DNA of 64,000 bases, from positions 1,671,696-1,735,695 of the forward strand of contig LSRY02000016.1 in the NCBI GenBank assembly GCA_001643675.2, given 5' to 3'. Source of the DNA: Monocercomonoides exilis PA203. Lineage: Eukaryota; Protista; Preaxostyla. Every line of letters starts with the position of its first letter. The first letter of the stretch is position 1. The notes beneath the pieces are model-generated. The model searched no databases, was not told where the DNA came from, and worked only from the letters and a program-made list of their open reading frames with translations. Of this stretch, positions 18,442 through 31,800 are shown in pieces. The position numbers were made by a program, and so were the translations under genes.

Positions 18442-19525
18442 ATGCCAGCGTTTTTCTTTCTTCTTGCTTTTAGCACATTGCATGCTCTAACTTTTACCGT
18501 TCCAGCTGGTCAGGAAATGTGCTTCTTCGAAGAACTTGAAAAAGACGAAACAATGAAGGGGCATTTTCAAGTTGTTCGTGGTGGAGACAGAATAATTCAC
18601 TTTCAGGTTTATCGGAGATATCTTTCGAATGGCGTAATATTGTTGAAATCAATTATATATGTACCATTTTTGATTTCTTTTGATTCTTGATTCAGATCAT
18701 CGATCCAAAGAGTGAAAAAGTTGCAGAGTTTAAAGATTCAACGGATCAACGATTTTCTTTTGTTTCGCAACATGAAGGAATTTATAAATTGTGCGCATCA
18801 AATCCTTCGTCATTTGCCAGCAAACAATTTAGTTTGGTTACTGAATCTGTTCAAAGATCAACAACAGGTTTGTAATAAATTAATGAGCTTTGTCCAAATA
18901 ATAGCATAATTATATTTATCATATTTTTAAATTATTTTCCTATCTTTGTCTGGAAAAGATCGTCAATCTTTGAAGGGAAGTTTGGAATCTCTTCAGTCAA
19001 CTTTAAATGGAATTTTAACTGAACAAAATTACATCAAACAAAGAGAAATTATTACCCGAGACAGTTTGTATTTTATTTTTAAATTTCGTTCGATAATAAC
19101 ACAAATTTATCAAATATTAATTTCTGTTTATCATTATCAAAAATCACAATGCAATAATTTTTCATTTTCTGAAATGTAGCGACCGAATCCACAAATTCCA
19201 ATGTTTTATGGTGGTCACTCGCACAAATAGGTGTTGTTATTATCACAACAATTATCCAATATTTCCTTTTCAAACGGATTTTTAAGAAGGTTTGCATTTT
19301 CCAAAAATTATTTATTCATGAAAAATTCTGTCATTACCGATTCAACTTCTATGTATTTAAATATGTTTTATAAAATTAATGCTTCTTTTTCTTTTGTTTT
19401 CATATTTTATGAAATTTATCTTCATTTTCCTCATTTTTTCTTCAACAAATTTTTATTTTCTTTTATAATAATTTATCTAACTTATTCTTCACTATTGGTT
19501 ATATTCAAATTTTTCAAAACAGTAA
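18442..19525 (+). CDS. p24/emp24/TMED family GOLD-domain cargo receptor (multi-exon; 3' end uncertain)
   Basis: Signal peptide then LTFTVPAGQEMCFFE, GIYKLCASN, coiled coil EQNYIKQRE, RDTTESTNSNVLWWS, a TM helix and FKRIFKK. Exons ~18442-18607, 18696-18868, 18959-19063, 19180-19289. The stop lies at ~19373 if unspliced, or at ~19525/19561 after a last intron. Confidence 0.9.
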
Positions 19526-20639
19526 TTAAGAACACATGTCATTTTACAGCTATTTTCGTAGTATTTTTTAGATTATTCGCAGTCATCTCATTTTTTCTTT
19601 ACCAAAATGTCAAACAATTTGTGTAACATTTGAGCTTTTTATACAAAAATTTATTTATTGAAGAATTTAATCCTTCAAAAAAATTTTTTTTTTATTCTTA
19701 ATTCAAACTTCAGTGAATGTTACAAAGTGATAAGCAATTTGTGAAATGAACCTCATTTCATTCCAACACTTAACTTTTGGAGTGTTTTTATTCAATTCAA
19801 GAAAAACATACCAACTGTTGAAACACATTTTCATCAGAAGATTGTTTGTGTGTATGGTTTATGTATAGTCCATCAAATTAAAATGAATAACAAAATCACT
19901 GTGTTGTCTCTTCGAAATAGGTGTCTTTCTTTTGTAATACAAACATTTTTAACAAACTTTATTTGTCTCTGAAAAATGCATCCTCATTTTTCTGAGATAA
20001 ACATAAGCGTTAGTCAAACAATTCACAAACATGCATGATTGAGGAAGAATTTTCGTTTATTTTTATTTTTATTTTATTTTATTTTATTTTATTTTTTTTA
20101 CAAATAAAATTATGCTTATTATGTAATATTACAATATTTTTTAAGCATTTAGTGTATAATAAAAAGTGCCTCAATCAAAGATAATTCCAAAAACATATCT
20201 GAAAATAAATTACCTGAAACAAAACAGAAAATTCTTGTTTTGAAAAAAAGTTCAAAACAATAATCACAGGAAAGAATTGTTCAAAATCGATTAAGTGAGA
20301 ATAAAGACAATTGCAATTGCACATGTATCAAGGCCCGTTAAATGAGAAAAAAAGAAAGAAAACAAGAAAAGAAAGTGAAAGAAAGATGGAGCAAACACAG
20401 AAGGATTTCAAAAGACATCGCGCATCAAATAATTCAGCATAAGACGATAAAATGGAGGGTGGTGGAAAAAAATTAAAATAAATAAATAAAGTAGAAAGCA
20501 ATAAAAACAACAGCAAAATGCATCAATTGGACATATGAAAGAGAAGTGAATAAATATTTTAAAAAGAAAGACCCAATCAGCAAGCGAACATAAAAAACAT
20601 AAAAATATACTGCACAATCAATGAAAGCATTCCAAGCAG

Positions 20640-22081
20640 TTACCAAGCATCTGAATCGTCATCATCCTCTTCTGCTTCTTCTTCTCCATCACCATCGTCG
20701 TCATGCGATTTGTTGCTTTCTTCTTTCTTCTTTTTTTCTTCTTCCTCTTTCTTCTTTCTTTCTTCTTCCTCTTTCTTTATTCTTTCCTCTTCTTCCTCTC
20801 TCTTTCTCTCTTCTTCTTCCTTTCTTTTCCTCTCTTCCTCTTCCTCCTCCCTCTTAATTTTTTCCATAAATTCCTTCTCCTTCTCTTCTTCTTTCCTTTT
20901 TCTTTCCTCTTCCTCTTCTTTTCTCTTCTTTTCTTCCTCTTCTTCTTTCCTCTTCTTTTCTTCCTCTTCTTCTTTCCTCTTCTTTTCTTCCTCTTCTTCT
21001 TTCCTCTTCTTTTCTTCTTCTTCTCTCTTCTTCATTTCTTCTTCCTCTTTCTTTATTCTTTCTTCGTCTTCCTCTCTTTTTCTCTCTTCGTCTTCCTCTC
21101 TTTTTCTCTCTTCCTCCTCCCTCTTAATTTTTTCCATGAATTCTCTCTCCTTCTCTTCTTCTTTCCTTTTCCTTTCTTCCTCTTCCTCCAATTTCGCTTT
21201 TATTTCTATTTCTGCTTCTTCTCTTCTCCATTCATTATCCTCAATTATTCTTTTCTCTTCTTCTTCTCTCTTTATCGAATCTTCCTCTTTCTCCTCCTTT
21301 TCTTTTATTCTCATCTCTTCTTCTTCCTTATTTTCTTTTATAGTTTCAATACGTGTTGTTTCTTCGATCGCAATGGAAGATATTTCTCCTTCAGATTTGT
21401 TAGAATGATGTCCATCCAAGACAGAACTTTTTCTTTTTGTAATGTCAATATTTTGTTCGTCGTTTAAGATTTTTGTTGTTTCTTCAGTGTTAACTTTAGC
21501 TTTGTAATGTATCATTTTTGGAAGATTAAAATGCATCTTTTGATGATATTGACTGTTAAAAGTCTTCACATCGTTTTGTGAATGATCTGAGGTCTCAAAG
21601 TTGAATTTTAAATGGCAATATATTTGTAAAGAAAAGCTAACAACTAATGGCAGAGATATGTACCAATTAACCACAGGCTGCCAAAATAATTGTTAATATA
21701 TCACAATTAAATAACAATAAACAAACATATTGATATATTAACGTTGTTAACAAATGAAGAGACCAAAAAATTGCATGAGCGGAATCAACGATGAATGTGG
21801 ACTTTGTTAAAGGATCTGAAAGATATCGTATGGATCTTCTTTTTTCAAAATTAATCATAAAAATGCAAACTCGAAATGCAATAAACAGCTGTTACAGTTG
21901 CATCCAACAAAAAACATAAAGCCAAATGAAAATAAGCATTTGACAATTCCTTTTCGGATTTCAATGCAACGGCAAAAGATGACTCGCAACTAAACAGCAT
22001 AAAAGCTACTGCTGCGATATAATTCACTTTTATTTTTCTTGATAATGCCTCCTTTTGACTCACTGAGATTGTTTTTTTCAT
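20640..22081 (-). pseudogene. Multi-pass membrane protein with EEEKKRK coiled-coil tail, split by two apparent single-T frameshifts (pseudogene or sequencing error)
   Basis: Three abutting minus-strand ORFs (21851-22081, 21667-21858, 20640-21674) join if one T is removed from each of two short T-runs. Hydrophobic N-terminal half followed by charged repeats. Confidence 0.5.
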
Positions 22082-23546
22082 TTGTTTGGGTAAATAAGGT
22101 TCAAACGATCAAAATATTTGTTTTGAGAAATTTTTCAACAATCTCAAATATACAAAATAAAGCTCTTATAGGTGAAACGTTTTATTCTTTTTCATTGAAA
22201 AAACATTGCATCATCAAATGTTTCAGTTTTATTTGATTCTTAAAAAAAAATAAAAATAAAAAAAATCTTTCTATCTAAAAAAAAATTTTCAAAATTATTT
22301 TGAAAATTGAATAAGTTGTCTCAAACAATACCTTTTCAATATATGATTATTTAAAGACATGTGAGATTCTTTTTGCAGTAATTTTTTTTTTTTTGAAAAC
22401 CAATTTACAACAGTCATCATTCTATTTTGGTTTGCTTTTTATTCAAAATTATTTAAAATCTGTATTTTTTTATTAAAAAATTTTCTGTGATATATTTGTA
22501 ATTGATTGAGTGTCAAAAAGTTAAGAAAATATATTATTTGGGGGAAAATTCGGTCTTTCAGACTTTTTTTGGACAAAAGATAAAAAACGTATTTCACTCA
22601 TGAATTTGTTTCGCTTTCTAAGATTTCAAAATAATTTTGGTTATAATATCTGTAAGCAGGCATCTTTGAAATCAAAGCATAAAGTTTCGTGGCATTTCAC
22701 GAATTTCAAAAAATGCACACATTTTTGTTGTGTTTTTTGAACAGAAAAAATTAATGAAACGTGCATTATTTTTCGATGAAAATGCCTGAAGAAAAACGTT
22801 TTACCACATTTTGTCAATATTTGTGAAAAAAATGAAGAATTGAACCCCGTTTTTAATAATTAGAAAATAAATCTGAAAACTTCCTCTTTTTAAGCAATAA
22901 ATCAACATACTTGAAATCAAATAATTTTTAATTGAAATCATCTCTTATTGTTCGATTAAGATTTTTTCAATCTTTTTAAATAATTGGAACAGAAAAGTTT
23001 TCAGAGAAACAACATCAAACAAATCAAGAATTCCAAAAGTGTATTCATGGATTTATTCAGTTGTGAAAAATATTTGTTTTCGACATCTTGAATTGCTGCA
23101 TATAATTAGGTGATTATTATTTTAAACCATATTTTGTCTGTCAAATTATTGAGACAAAAATTTGTTTTTCATTCTTGTTAATGAACGTTAGAATGTGAAA
23201 ACATCATCTTCAAAATTAATGTCATGAATGCATATCAAATGTTTGCTTTTGAAGTCATAGAAATTCATAAAATTTGGAAATGATAATTTTCTAACCATTT
23301 TCAGAAGAATATTATAAAATCAACATCCCGAAAAAACTCATGATTTCAAAAATAAACACTTAATTTATCTTGATTGAAAAATGAAAAATTCAACAATGTC
23401 ATGAGAAATTATTTGGAAATTCCAGGAATTAAATCATGATCGTGCTTTTTTTGAAAAAACCAATATTTAAATAATAACTGACATATAATTTAAATGCAAA
23501 TTCAATTTCACTTCATTTTCACAGATATTGAAAAAATATTATTATA

Positions 23547-23995
23547 CAGTCTAAACCGGATATAATCACATCGGTTTTTGCACAACTATTTGTGACTATA
23601 TCCGATTGTGATTATATACGATTCAACTTTACACAGAAAAAAATAAAATTTATTTTAGAAATAATTAATTATGGGTCGTTTTTTGTTTTTTTGGAAATTC
23701 TACATAAATACACCTTTTTCACTTGCTTGATCAATTTTGATCATGAATACACATCATTTTGACTTATTTGAGCACATTTTTGAAAAAGCGAAATTTTGAA
23801 ATTTTTGATCAAAAAATCGATTTTTCATTGAAAAATTCACCAATAATAATAAAAAACGTGATTATATATTTTCAGCCCTGTGATTGTATGCGATGGAAAA
23901 TGAATGAAAAATAGGCCAAAAATGTCCGTGCATCGAAAAATGTGACTATAGGAGAATGTGATTATATTCGACGTGATTATATCCGGTTTAGACTG
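23547..23995. mobile_element. Non-autonomous Tc1/mariner/pogo-type MITE, 449 bp
   Basis: Terminal inverted repeats CAGTCTAAACCGGATATAATCAC(A/G)TCG (27 bp, 1 mismatch) at 23547 and ending at 23995. TA dinucleotides flank both ends (23545-46, 23996-97). Internal GTGA(T/C)TATA subterminal repeats and no coding capacity. Confidence 0.88.
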
Positions 23996-24161
23996 TACTA
24001 ACACTTTCTCACACTCAACTTGCAACCAGTTTGTCACATATGAATTTTTATTCAAAATTATTCATTATGTAAAAATTCTAATATTAATTGCCATTCATTT
24101 GTTCAAAAAAAGTTTCAAATGTTTGCAGAAAAGTCAAATGAAGTGAATAAAAATATTTAAT

Positions 24162-25599
24162 TTAGCAATAAACAAAACAATCTTCCGGATTACTAATCAA
24201 AAAATAATGTCCATATAATCCTTTAATTAAACAATAGTGCAATCCCATTACACAATCTTCATATCCTACTTCTTCCATCTTTTCAAATATTTTTCTTTTA
24301 ATTTCTTTTCTCTTTGCTTCCTTTTTTTTAATAATCATCTGATATTTCACATTTTCGCAAATTTCTTTGAAAGGAAATGGCCAATAAAAATTTCGGGAAC
24401 TTTTCACATTTAATTCAACAGTCTCCTCCAACATAACGTCAATTGCTCCTCCTTTCAACAAGATATCAACACCCATTTCAAAGTTTCTCTCCACCCATTG
24501 AAAAGATTCAATACATTGTCTTATAATATTTTCATAATAGTCCTTTACTTCTCGGAATACCTGCACGATACTACTGATAAGCAGAAAATCTCCTTCATTC
24601 CGCAATTTCCATGAAGATAAGCAATAATTAATTATATTGAGCCATCTACGAACAATAAATACTCCTTTCACATTCATTCTTCCTTCTTTCTCTTCTTCCT
24701 CTGCTTTCTCTCTTTTCCAATCCACACACTTTGAAAGCTCTTCCAGCTCTCTTGATGCCTCTCTTCCAAAATGCAGTTCATTCACAATCATATCTTCCAA
24801 ACGTTTGTCTGTGAATAATCGGTTTATTAAAAACTGCCAAGCAGACTGATAGGCAAGGCGAGTGAGATTATGATGCTCCTGATGATATTGGATGATCTCT
24901 TTGATAGCACCTAAATACAGTTCCTGTTCAACAACCTAATAAAAAAGAGAGGAAAAATCTTTAAACAGATAGAATGATAAAAAAACACCAGAACCTGTTT
25001 GTTGAAGATGCGACTTAAAGACAGTAAAAACATTTCAACTTCCTTTTCAGCTTCTTTCTTTTCTTTAATATTCAAGACAACCTTGAAAAGGCACGGAACA
25101 CATATTTTTATCAGTTTTTTTTTAAAGCATTTACCAGAATCATACAGAAATAGATAACATTCGCAAAAATCAACCAAAAGCTTTTCATTCATTCTTTCTT
25201 TTTTCGACTCTTCGTCAACGATTATCTTCTTAAATCTATGCCTCAATGAAGAATGATTAAAATTACATTCATAATTTTTGTTTAGCACATTATAAATTCC
25301 AATATGCTTCAACAACACAACTACACTTTCTAAAGGCAATTTCTTTCGTCCAATCATTCTTTCGACTTCGTCAAACCATTTGGTTGATAAAATCAAATCA
25401 AATTCTTTGCAATTCATTTTATTCATTATCTTATTTATTTCTTCAATCTGACTTTTCTGCTCGATTTCATTACAATGATCCAGTTTAGAAAACAATTCTA
25501 AAAATATAAACTTCAAAAAAATCATTGCTTTTTCAAAAAAGTACTCAAACTTGAAAACTCTTCAGCGGAAGAGAGAACTTGAATATCATTCCCAGTCAT
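24162..25599 (-). CDS. Uncharacterised expanded-family protein (HHNLTRLAYQSAWQFL motif), copy 1, 3 exons
   Basis: ATG at 25599 (MTGNDIQVLSSAEEFS), intron, ORF 24911-25525, intron 24936-24994, then VVEQELYLGAIKEIIQYHQEHHNLTRLAYQSAWQFLINR running into ORF 24162-24800. Paralogous to the copies at 27.5 kb and 43 kb. Confidence 0.75.
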
Positions 25600-27520
25600 G
25601 TTGAAAACCTATAAATTTATCCTGCTTTTAATTTGTATTCACCAATTTATGTGAAAAAATTTTTAATCAACAGAATAATCAATAAATATTAACATCGTTA
25701 ATAAACTTGCAAAAATAAAAATAATCTCAATATATACTGTTAAGATTTGCTCAATATAAAGAAGTGCAAAACAAAATGCAAAGAAGCTACAAGGACTGGC
25801 TGTATGAGGCCAGAAAAAGAAATCTTTTATCTCTCTTGGATCAAACCAACAAAAAATTTTGAAATTTGATTAAGTTATCAAAAATCCATTTTCTTTCATA
25901 ATCACATTTTTTGTGCAAATGGAATATATTTTTTGTCTTTGGAGAAGATGAATGAGACTGAAAGCATGAATATGCGAGTTGCATTTTCGATATTTTATGC
26001 TGATTATTGCATTTTTAGCTCTTTTTGAAAGAAACATTGAATGATGAAAGAGGAAAAAAAATGATTTCTGAAAATATACACAAAATCACAGGAAAAATGA
26101 ACTTAGCACATCTTCAAAATACGAACAAGAAGAATATGTTTATCGAATGGCAAAAGATCAATGTCCAATTTTTCAATTGCCAAATAATCATATGGCAAGA
26201 AGAAAAACAATGAAGACCTGCTCCAACAGAAATGTTGGAAATATTCAAGTTTTGTGAGACGGAAACATCAAAGGTGATACATTCATTTCCTTGAAAGTTT
26301 TTCTAAAATTTATTCATTCAAAGTTGTATTCTTCCAGCTGAAATGAGATTTGGAGAAGGAGGAGATTAACAACTTTGCAACAAACCGTACTCAAGAAACG
26401 CAACAGCAAAGTTATTTCTCGACATATGAAATGGAGAAAAGGGTTTTGAAGGAGAGAGATTTTTCTTGAAGACAATAACAGTTGTTTCAGAACGAAGAGA
26501 ATGAGAACCATTTTGAATTGTGTTTTGAACCATTTTGAATTGTCATGCTCATCAATGGGCACTCAGAATGTTCTTCATTCATCTTCAAGAACTTTGACAG
26601 AACACAACGGAAAATGAGAATTCAAGGAGAATCGTTCTTATTTCTCACAAGAGCTTCTTCTTTCTCCTCAAATGCAGATTTAGTTAGGAATTTTTGTTCA
26701 TTTTTAATTTTTGCAATGAGCCTTGCCAAAGTCTTTCTCTTTTGTGTGTTTAAGCATCTCATCTACATATCATTTGATTGATGATGCGACTCAGTGCAAC
26801 TGTTCAAATGAGACAAAAGCAGGTGCTCTTTTTTATATGAAGAGTTCTGCACATCAAATAGACTTTTCACCATCTCTTCCATCATCTGCAATATCATCAA
26901 TATCATCATCTTATCATCATCTTGAACATCAACTCTCTTCTTCTTCTTCTTCTTCTTCTTTTTCCTCCATGCATGAAAACCTTCTCCTTATATTCTAATC
27001 TATTCTATTTCACTCTCCCTTGTCTCCACTTCCTGTCTTTACCTTCTTCTTAATCTGATTTTAGGCTTGCCTGATGCACACTCTTCATTCCGTCTTATAG
27101 ATATTCTTCTTCTTTATTTTCTTTATCTTCATCATCATCATCATAATCATTTTTTCCCCTCTTCCAGATTTGATTGAAAATGCAACGAGAAAGAAAACAA
27201 GCGGAGAAATCAGAGACTTCTAGAAGCAGCAGCTGAACAATTGGATTCTTATTAAAAATGAATATATATAAAGAAGAACAATAATTCGTTCAACGAAGAA
27301 TCTTGATGGAAATGATAGAAAAGATTGGATATTTTCTTCTTTTTTTGAAAAAAGAATTTAAAATATCAATTTAATTTTTCCGAACATTTTATTTTTATTT
27401 TTAATTTTAATTTTATTTTTAATTTTTATTTATTTATTTATTTATTTATTTTTGCCATTTTGAGAAATGAATAGATAAAAATAATTTTTGAGTTACAAAA
27501 TCAAAACAAAAAGAATTTGG

Positions 27521-28860
27521 TTAAACACCCACAAAATAATCAGAAATATTCGTTGATAAACAATACCAATATTTTCTGTTAAGAAAAGAAATAACTCTAT
27601 AAAGGCTTGTGATGAGTTCTTCGCATCCTTCTTCTTCCATCTTTTCAAATATCTTTCTTTTGATTGCCTTTCTTTTTTCTTCTTCGGGTTTATCAACCTC
27701 CTTTTCTTTCAATTTTCTTGAAATATTCTTTAAGAATTGCAAGCTTTCAAACATAATTCCATCTTTCAAAGTAGATTGTTTCATTTCCTCTAAAATCAGA
27801 TCAACTACACCTTCATCCAGCAAAACATCAATTTTCATAATAACATTTTCCGCTGCTCTTTTAAATAAATAAATGCATTGGTTGCTAATTCTTTTGCGAT
27901 TATCCCTGGATGCTTGAAATACACTCACAACGTTGCCTATAACACCAGCAAGTTCTTCGTTCCACAACCTGCACGAGTATAAGAAATCGTACATTGCATC
28001 TAGCCACCTCCAGATAACAAGCTCTTCCCCCCTTTCTTTTCCTCTTTCCTCTTCTTCCTCTGCTTTCTCTCTTTTCCAATCCACACACTTTGAAAGCTCT
28101 TCCAGCTCTCTTGATGCCTCTCTTCCAAAATGCAGTTCATTCACAATCATATCTTCCAAACGTTTGTCTGTGAATAATCGGTTTATTAAAAACTGCCAAG
28201 CAGACTGATAGGCAAGGCGAGTGAGATTATGATGCTCCTGATGATATTGGATGATCTCTTTGATAGCACCTAAATACAGTTCCTGTTCAACAACCTAATA
28301 AAAAAGAATAAAAAATCAACAATACAACAACAACAACAACAACAAAAAGAAATGCTCATACGCAACATCGAACATTGCTCAAAGCCAGCAAAGCCATTTC
28401 CACTTCCTTTTGAGTCTCCTCGTGTCTCTCCTTGTTTGATGCAACTTTCAGAAGACAAGGCACACAAATTGAAAGACATTCGGATGAGAAATCATTGCTT
28501 AAAGAAATATAGCATTCACAAAGATCAATCAGCAGCTTTCCATCCTTTTCTTTTTTCATTTTCTTTTCTTCTTCAACTATCTTATTCTCGAATAATTCGA
28601 TCAATGAAGATTTCTCGAAGCAATTAATCCAAATACCTTTCAGCGCTTTACAAAATCCAACATGCTTCAACAGCAGAATTGTATTTTCCATCGAAATTTT
28701 CTTTTCTTCAATCATTTTGTGAATTTCATTGAACATTTCTTCTGAAAAAACAGGTTCCAATTCTTCTTCCTCCATTTCATCCATAAATTCATTCGTTTCA
28801 ATGATTTTTTGTTTCTGTTCGGCTTCAGTGAATTGTTCCAACTGCGAAAGTTTCGCTAAA
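27521..28860 (-). CDS. Uncharacterised expanded-family protein, copy 2 (first exon unresolved)
   Basis: ORFs 28356-28841 and 27521-28159 are joined via intron ~28295-28361. Same motifs (ICVPCLLKVA, EVEMALLALS, KIFEKMEEEG). No clean first exon could be identified. Confidence 0.7.
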
Positions 28861-31800
28861 AAAAGTTAAAAATCAAAAAAGAAAAAAGTGTACATTTATC
28901 ATTTTAACCATTCATTTCTTATGACATTTTGCAAACCTAGAAACGTTTGTGTTTTTGATGGTGACTGCAAAATTGCAAATTGAATCCAAAACAATTTACA
29001 AATACATTTTCCAAATATTCATGGTGCAAAAAAAATAATTGAATTAAAAACACCAAATCAAAATATTTTAAATAATACAGGATTCGAAACCTCTTTTGCC
29101 ATCATGTTTTTCACCTCAAAACAAGTGAATCAATGAAACAAAATAATCTTGTTTTTGGGTAAATAAATAAGGGTGACAATCCTATAATTTTATAAGTGAA
29201 GAATTTTTTTGATAAATGGGGCAAAATTTTTGCAATTATGAAAAAAACTGAGATTTGTTCCAAACTTTTTCTTCAATCATTTCATTATGAATCAACCGAA
29301 ACTTTGCAAATAATTACTGAAAAAATATTAAAATTGAGAAAAATAATAGAAAATATTGTGTGGAACAATATTCAAAAAACAAAATATTTCATCCCAAATT
29401 ATTTACTTCAGCCAGAGCATGCTTGAGTAGCTTATGCACACAGCCACAGATGCACTCATGAGAGATATAGCAATGCAGAAGAGCAGGGATTTTTCTAACA
29501 GACGGAGGAGCGGGTGGCTGTTTGCATCGATTGCTTACAAAAATTGATTTTGTGAGAAAAATTGCATGGGATTTGAACTTGGTTAAATATTACAAAATAC
29601 ATGACGCAACATCGGCTGCCATATTTTGAATGAAAAATAACTCAAGCAAGATGCAGAAAAAGCTACGACAATTTCAGAAAGATTGAATTGAACCACTTGT
29701 TCATTTCGAGCGAAATGTTGTGTACTTGGTATATCTTTTGCGCAGGATTTGTTTGACATGGGCTTATTGGGGGAAGGTTGGTTTTGCGGAAAAGGAAAGG
29801 AATTGGGGGTTGGACAATGGAGGAAGCGAGCAGAGAGAAACACTCAGCAGACCTTAACAACAGACGCATTGCCATTTACACGAATCCTACTGGTATGCTG
29901 TCAGCAAAGACATGGCGTTAAATAAGTCTTTGAAAAAGAGTTGATTTCTTGTTTATTTGGATAATATTAATTTTCACATGACTTCATTATCGGTTTCATA
30001 ATGGATTTTCTGCTTTCGATGACGTTCTTTTCCAATCATTTGTTGCCCAGTTGCCTGTTTTTTTATGTGGTGAGAGGCAATTTCGGAGAACAAGAAAACC
30101 AGCTAGTTTGATAATTACCAATCCATTGGAGGTGGGAAAATATTTAAATACCAAAAAAATGGTTTGACTTTTTTTTGTATTTCATTCATTTTTCTTTTAA
30201 GATGTTCTTTGAATGAATACAGATTGGTTACGAACAGGAACATTATTGAATGAAGTATTTTTATCCTTTTTCAAAAGATTCAGAAGTTTTGAAATTAATC
30301 TCGTTTGGATTGCATTCAACGATGATATTCCTAACTTCTGCCATATGTCTTGTGTGATGCATAGCCTATCTATGCTTAACATGAGTTTATTAGAAAGAGA
30401 AAAGCAGTTTGTTTGGCTTATTTGTGAGAGTGTTCGGCAGAAGCGACTCTTTTGTAGAGGCTGATGATTAGGCTGGGCATTCGCATTCAGAACACATTCA
30501 GTTTTTTCTATCGCCAAACATGACTTGGAAAAGCTGACATCTTCTATTTTTCTTCACCTTTCTTATTTTTCTCAACAGCCTCACTTCAACAAAAGATGTT
30601 TATTGACAGAATCGACACATCAATTGCAAAATTTTCAAAGACAAGGAGAAGAAAATGAAGAATTTTATGATTATGTGATTGAAGTCAACTTCTTCAATCG
30701 TCAACGCCTTCTTCGATTTCGAATTCTTCTCTGCCAATTTCCTCGTCAAATATAAAGTTCATTTGAATATTTAACTCCTATGGACAAACATAGTTTTCTT
30801 TTTGTGAAGGAAAAGCAGTTCAACCACACAAAGGCAGCCATTTATTCGTGCACTTCCATCTTCATCTGTTTGCATCTCTCTGCCTTTCACAAAATTTGTG
30901 ACTACGATTTTCGACTCTATCTTAAGTCAACTTAACAAATGCAACTTTTTATTTAATAGACATCACTCAAGACATTTTCAACTTGTTTATTATTAGGATT
31001 GGATTCATTTCACAATTCTCAATCACCTCGCCTTCTTCGTCTTCATCATCATCCGCTTATTCCTTTTTTGACCTTTTCTGACTCTTCTTCTTCATTTCCT
31101 ACTCCTTCTTATTATAACTCCTCCTCCTCTTTTTCGTCCTTCTCTTCTTCCTGATATTCCGTTCAGTCAACAGCTCCATATTCGATATTTCTGTATCAAC
31201 AAAATGCAGTAGAGTTAATTATCAATATGCACACCGCAGCACAGAAAAATCAAGTTCATCTTTCATTTTGATCCGGTTGCGTATCGAGTCCTCTAATTGT
31301 CTTATCTTTTGCTCCTTTATGAACTTGTTCTTACGCTGCAATACCCTCACAACGCCATTGCAATTCAGATTTAACCAATTTTCAAGGTTTATTAATCGAC
31401 GGCTGATTAAACTGAAGCTAAAAAATAAGAAACACCCATTAAGGAAAGAGAAAAACAACATCTGAAGTGGAAAGACACATGCGATGCAAAGAGGAAGAAA
31501 ACCTCAAAGAGATCAATAAAAAGCGTATAATCAAAAAATGAACATATTTGGCATTTGCGTTCAGCTTCAGTTGGAAGACAATGAACGACATATTCAGTTC
31601 GGTGCTCATGTTCTCTCTCTTCATTTGCCTCAAAATATTATTGATGAATATTCATTTATAAGATTTCTTTTACTGCACCATTTTGCTTGTGAGCTAAAAG
31701 TGATACATGAAACTTCAAAACTTATACATTTTGCACTTAATTCAGAGAGCATTTATACACACCTGTTGGGATGAATAATCGGATAATGTGAATGAGCCAA

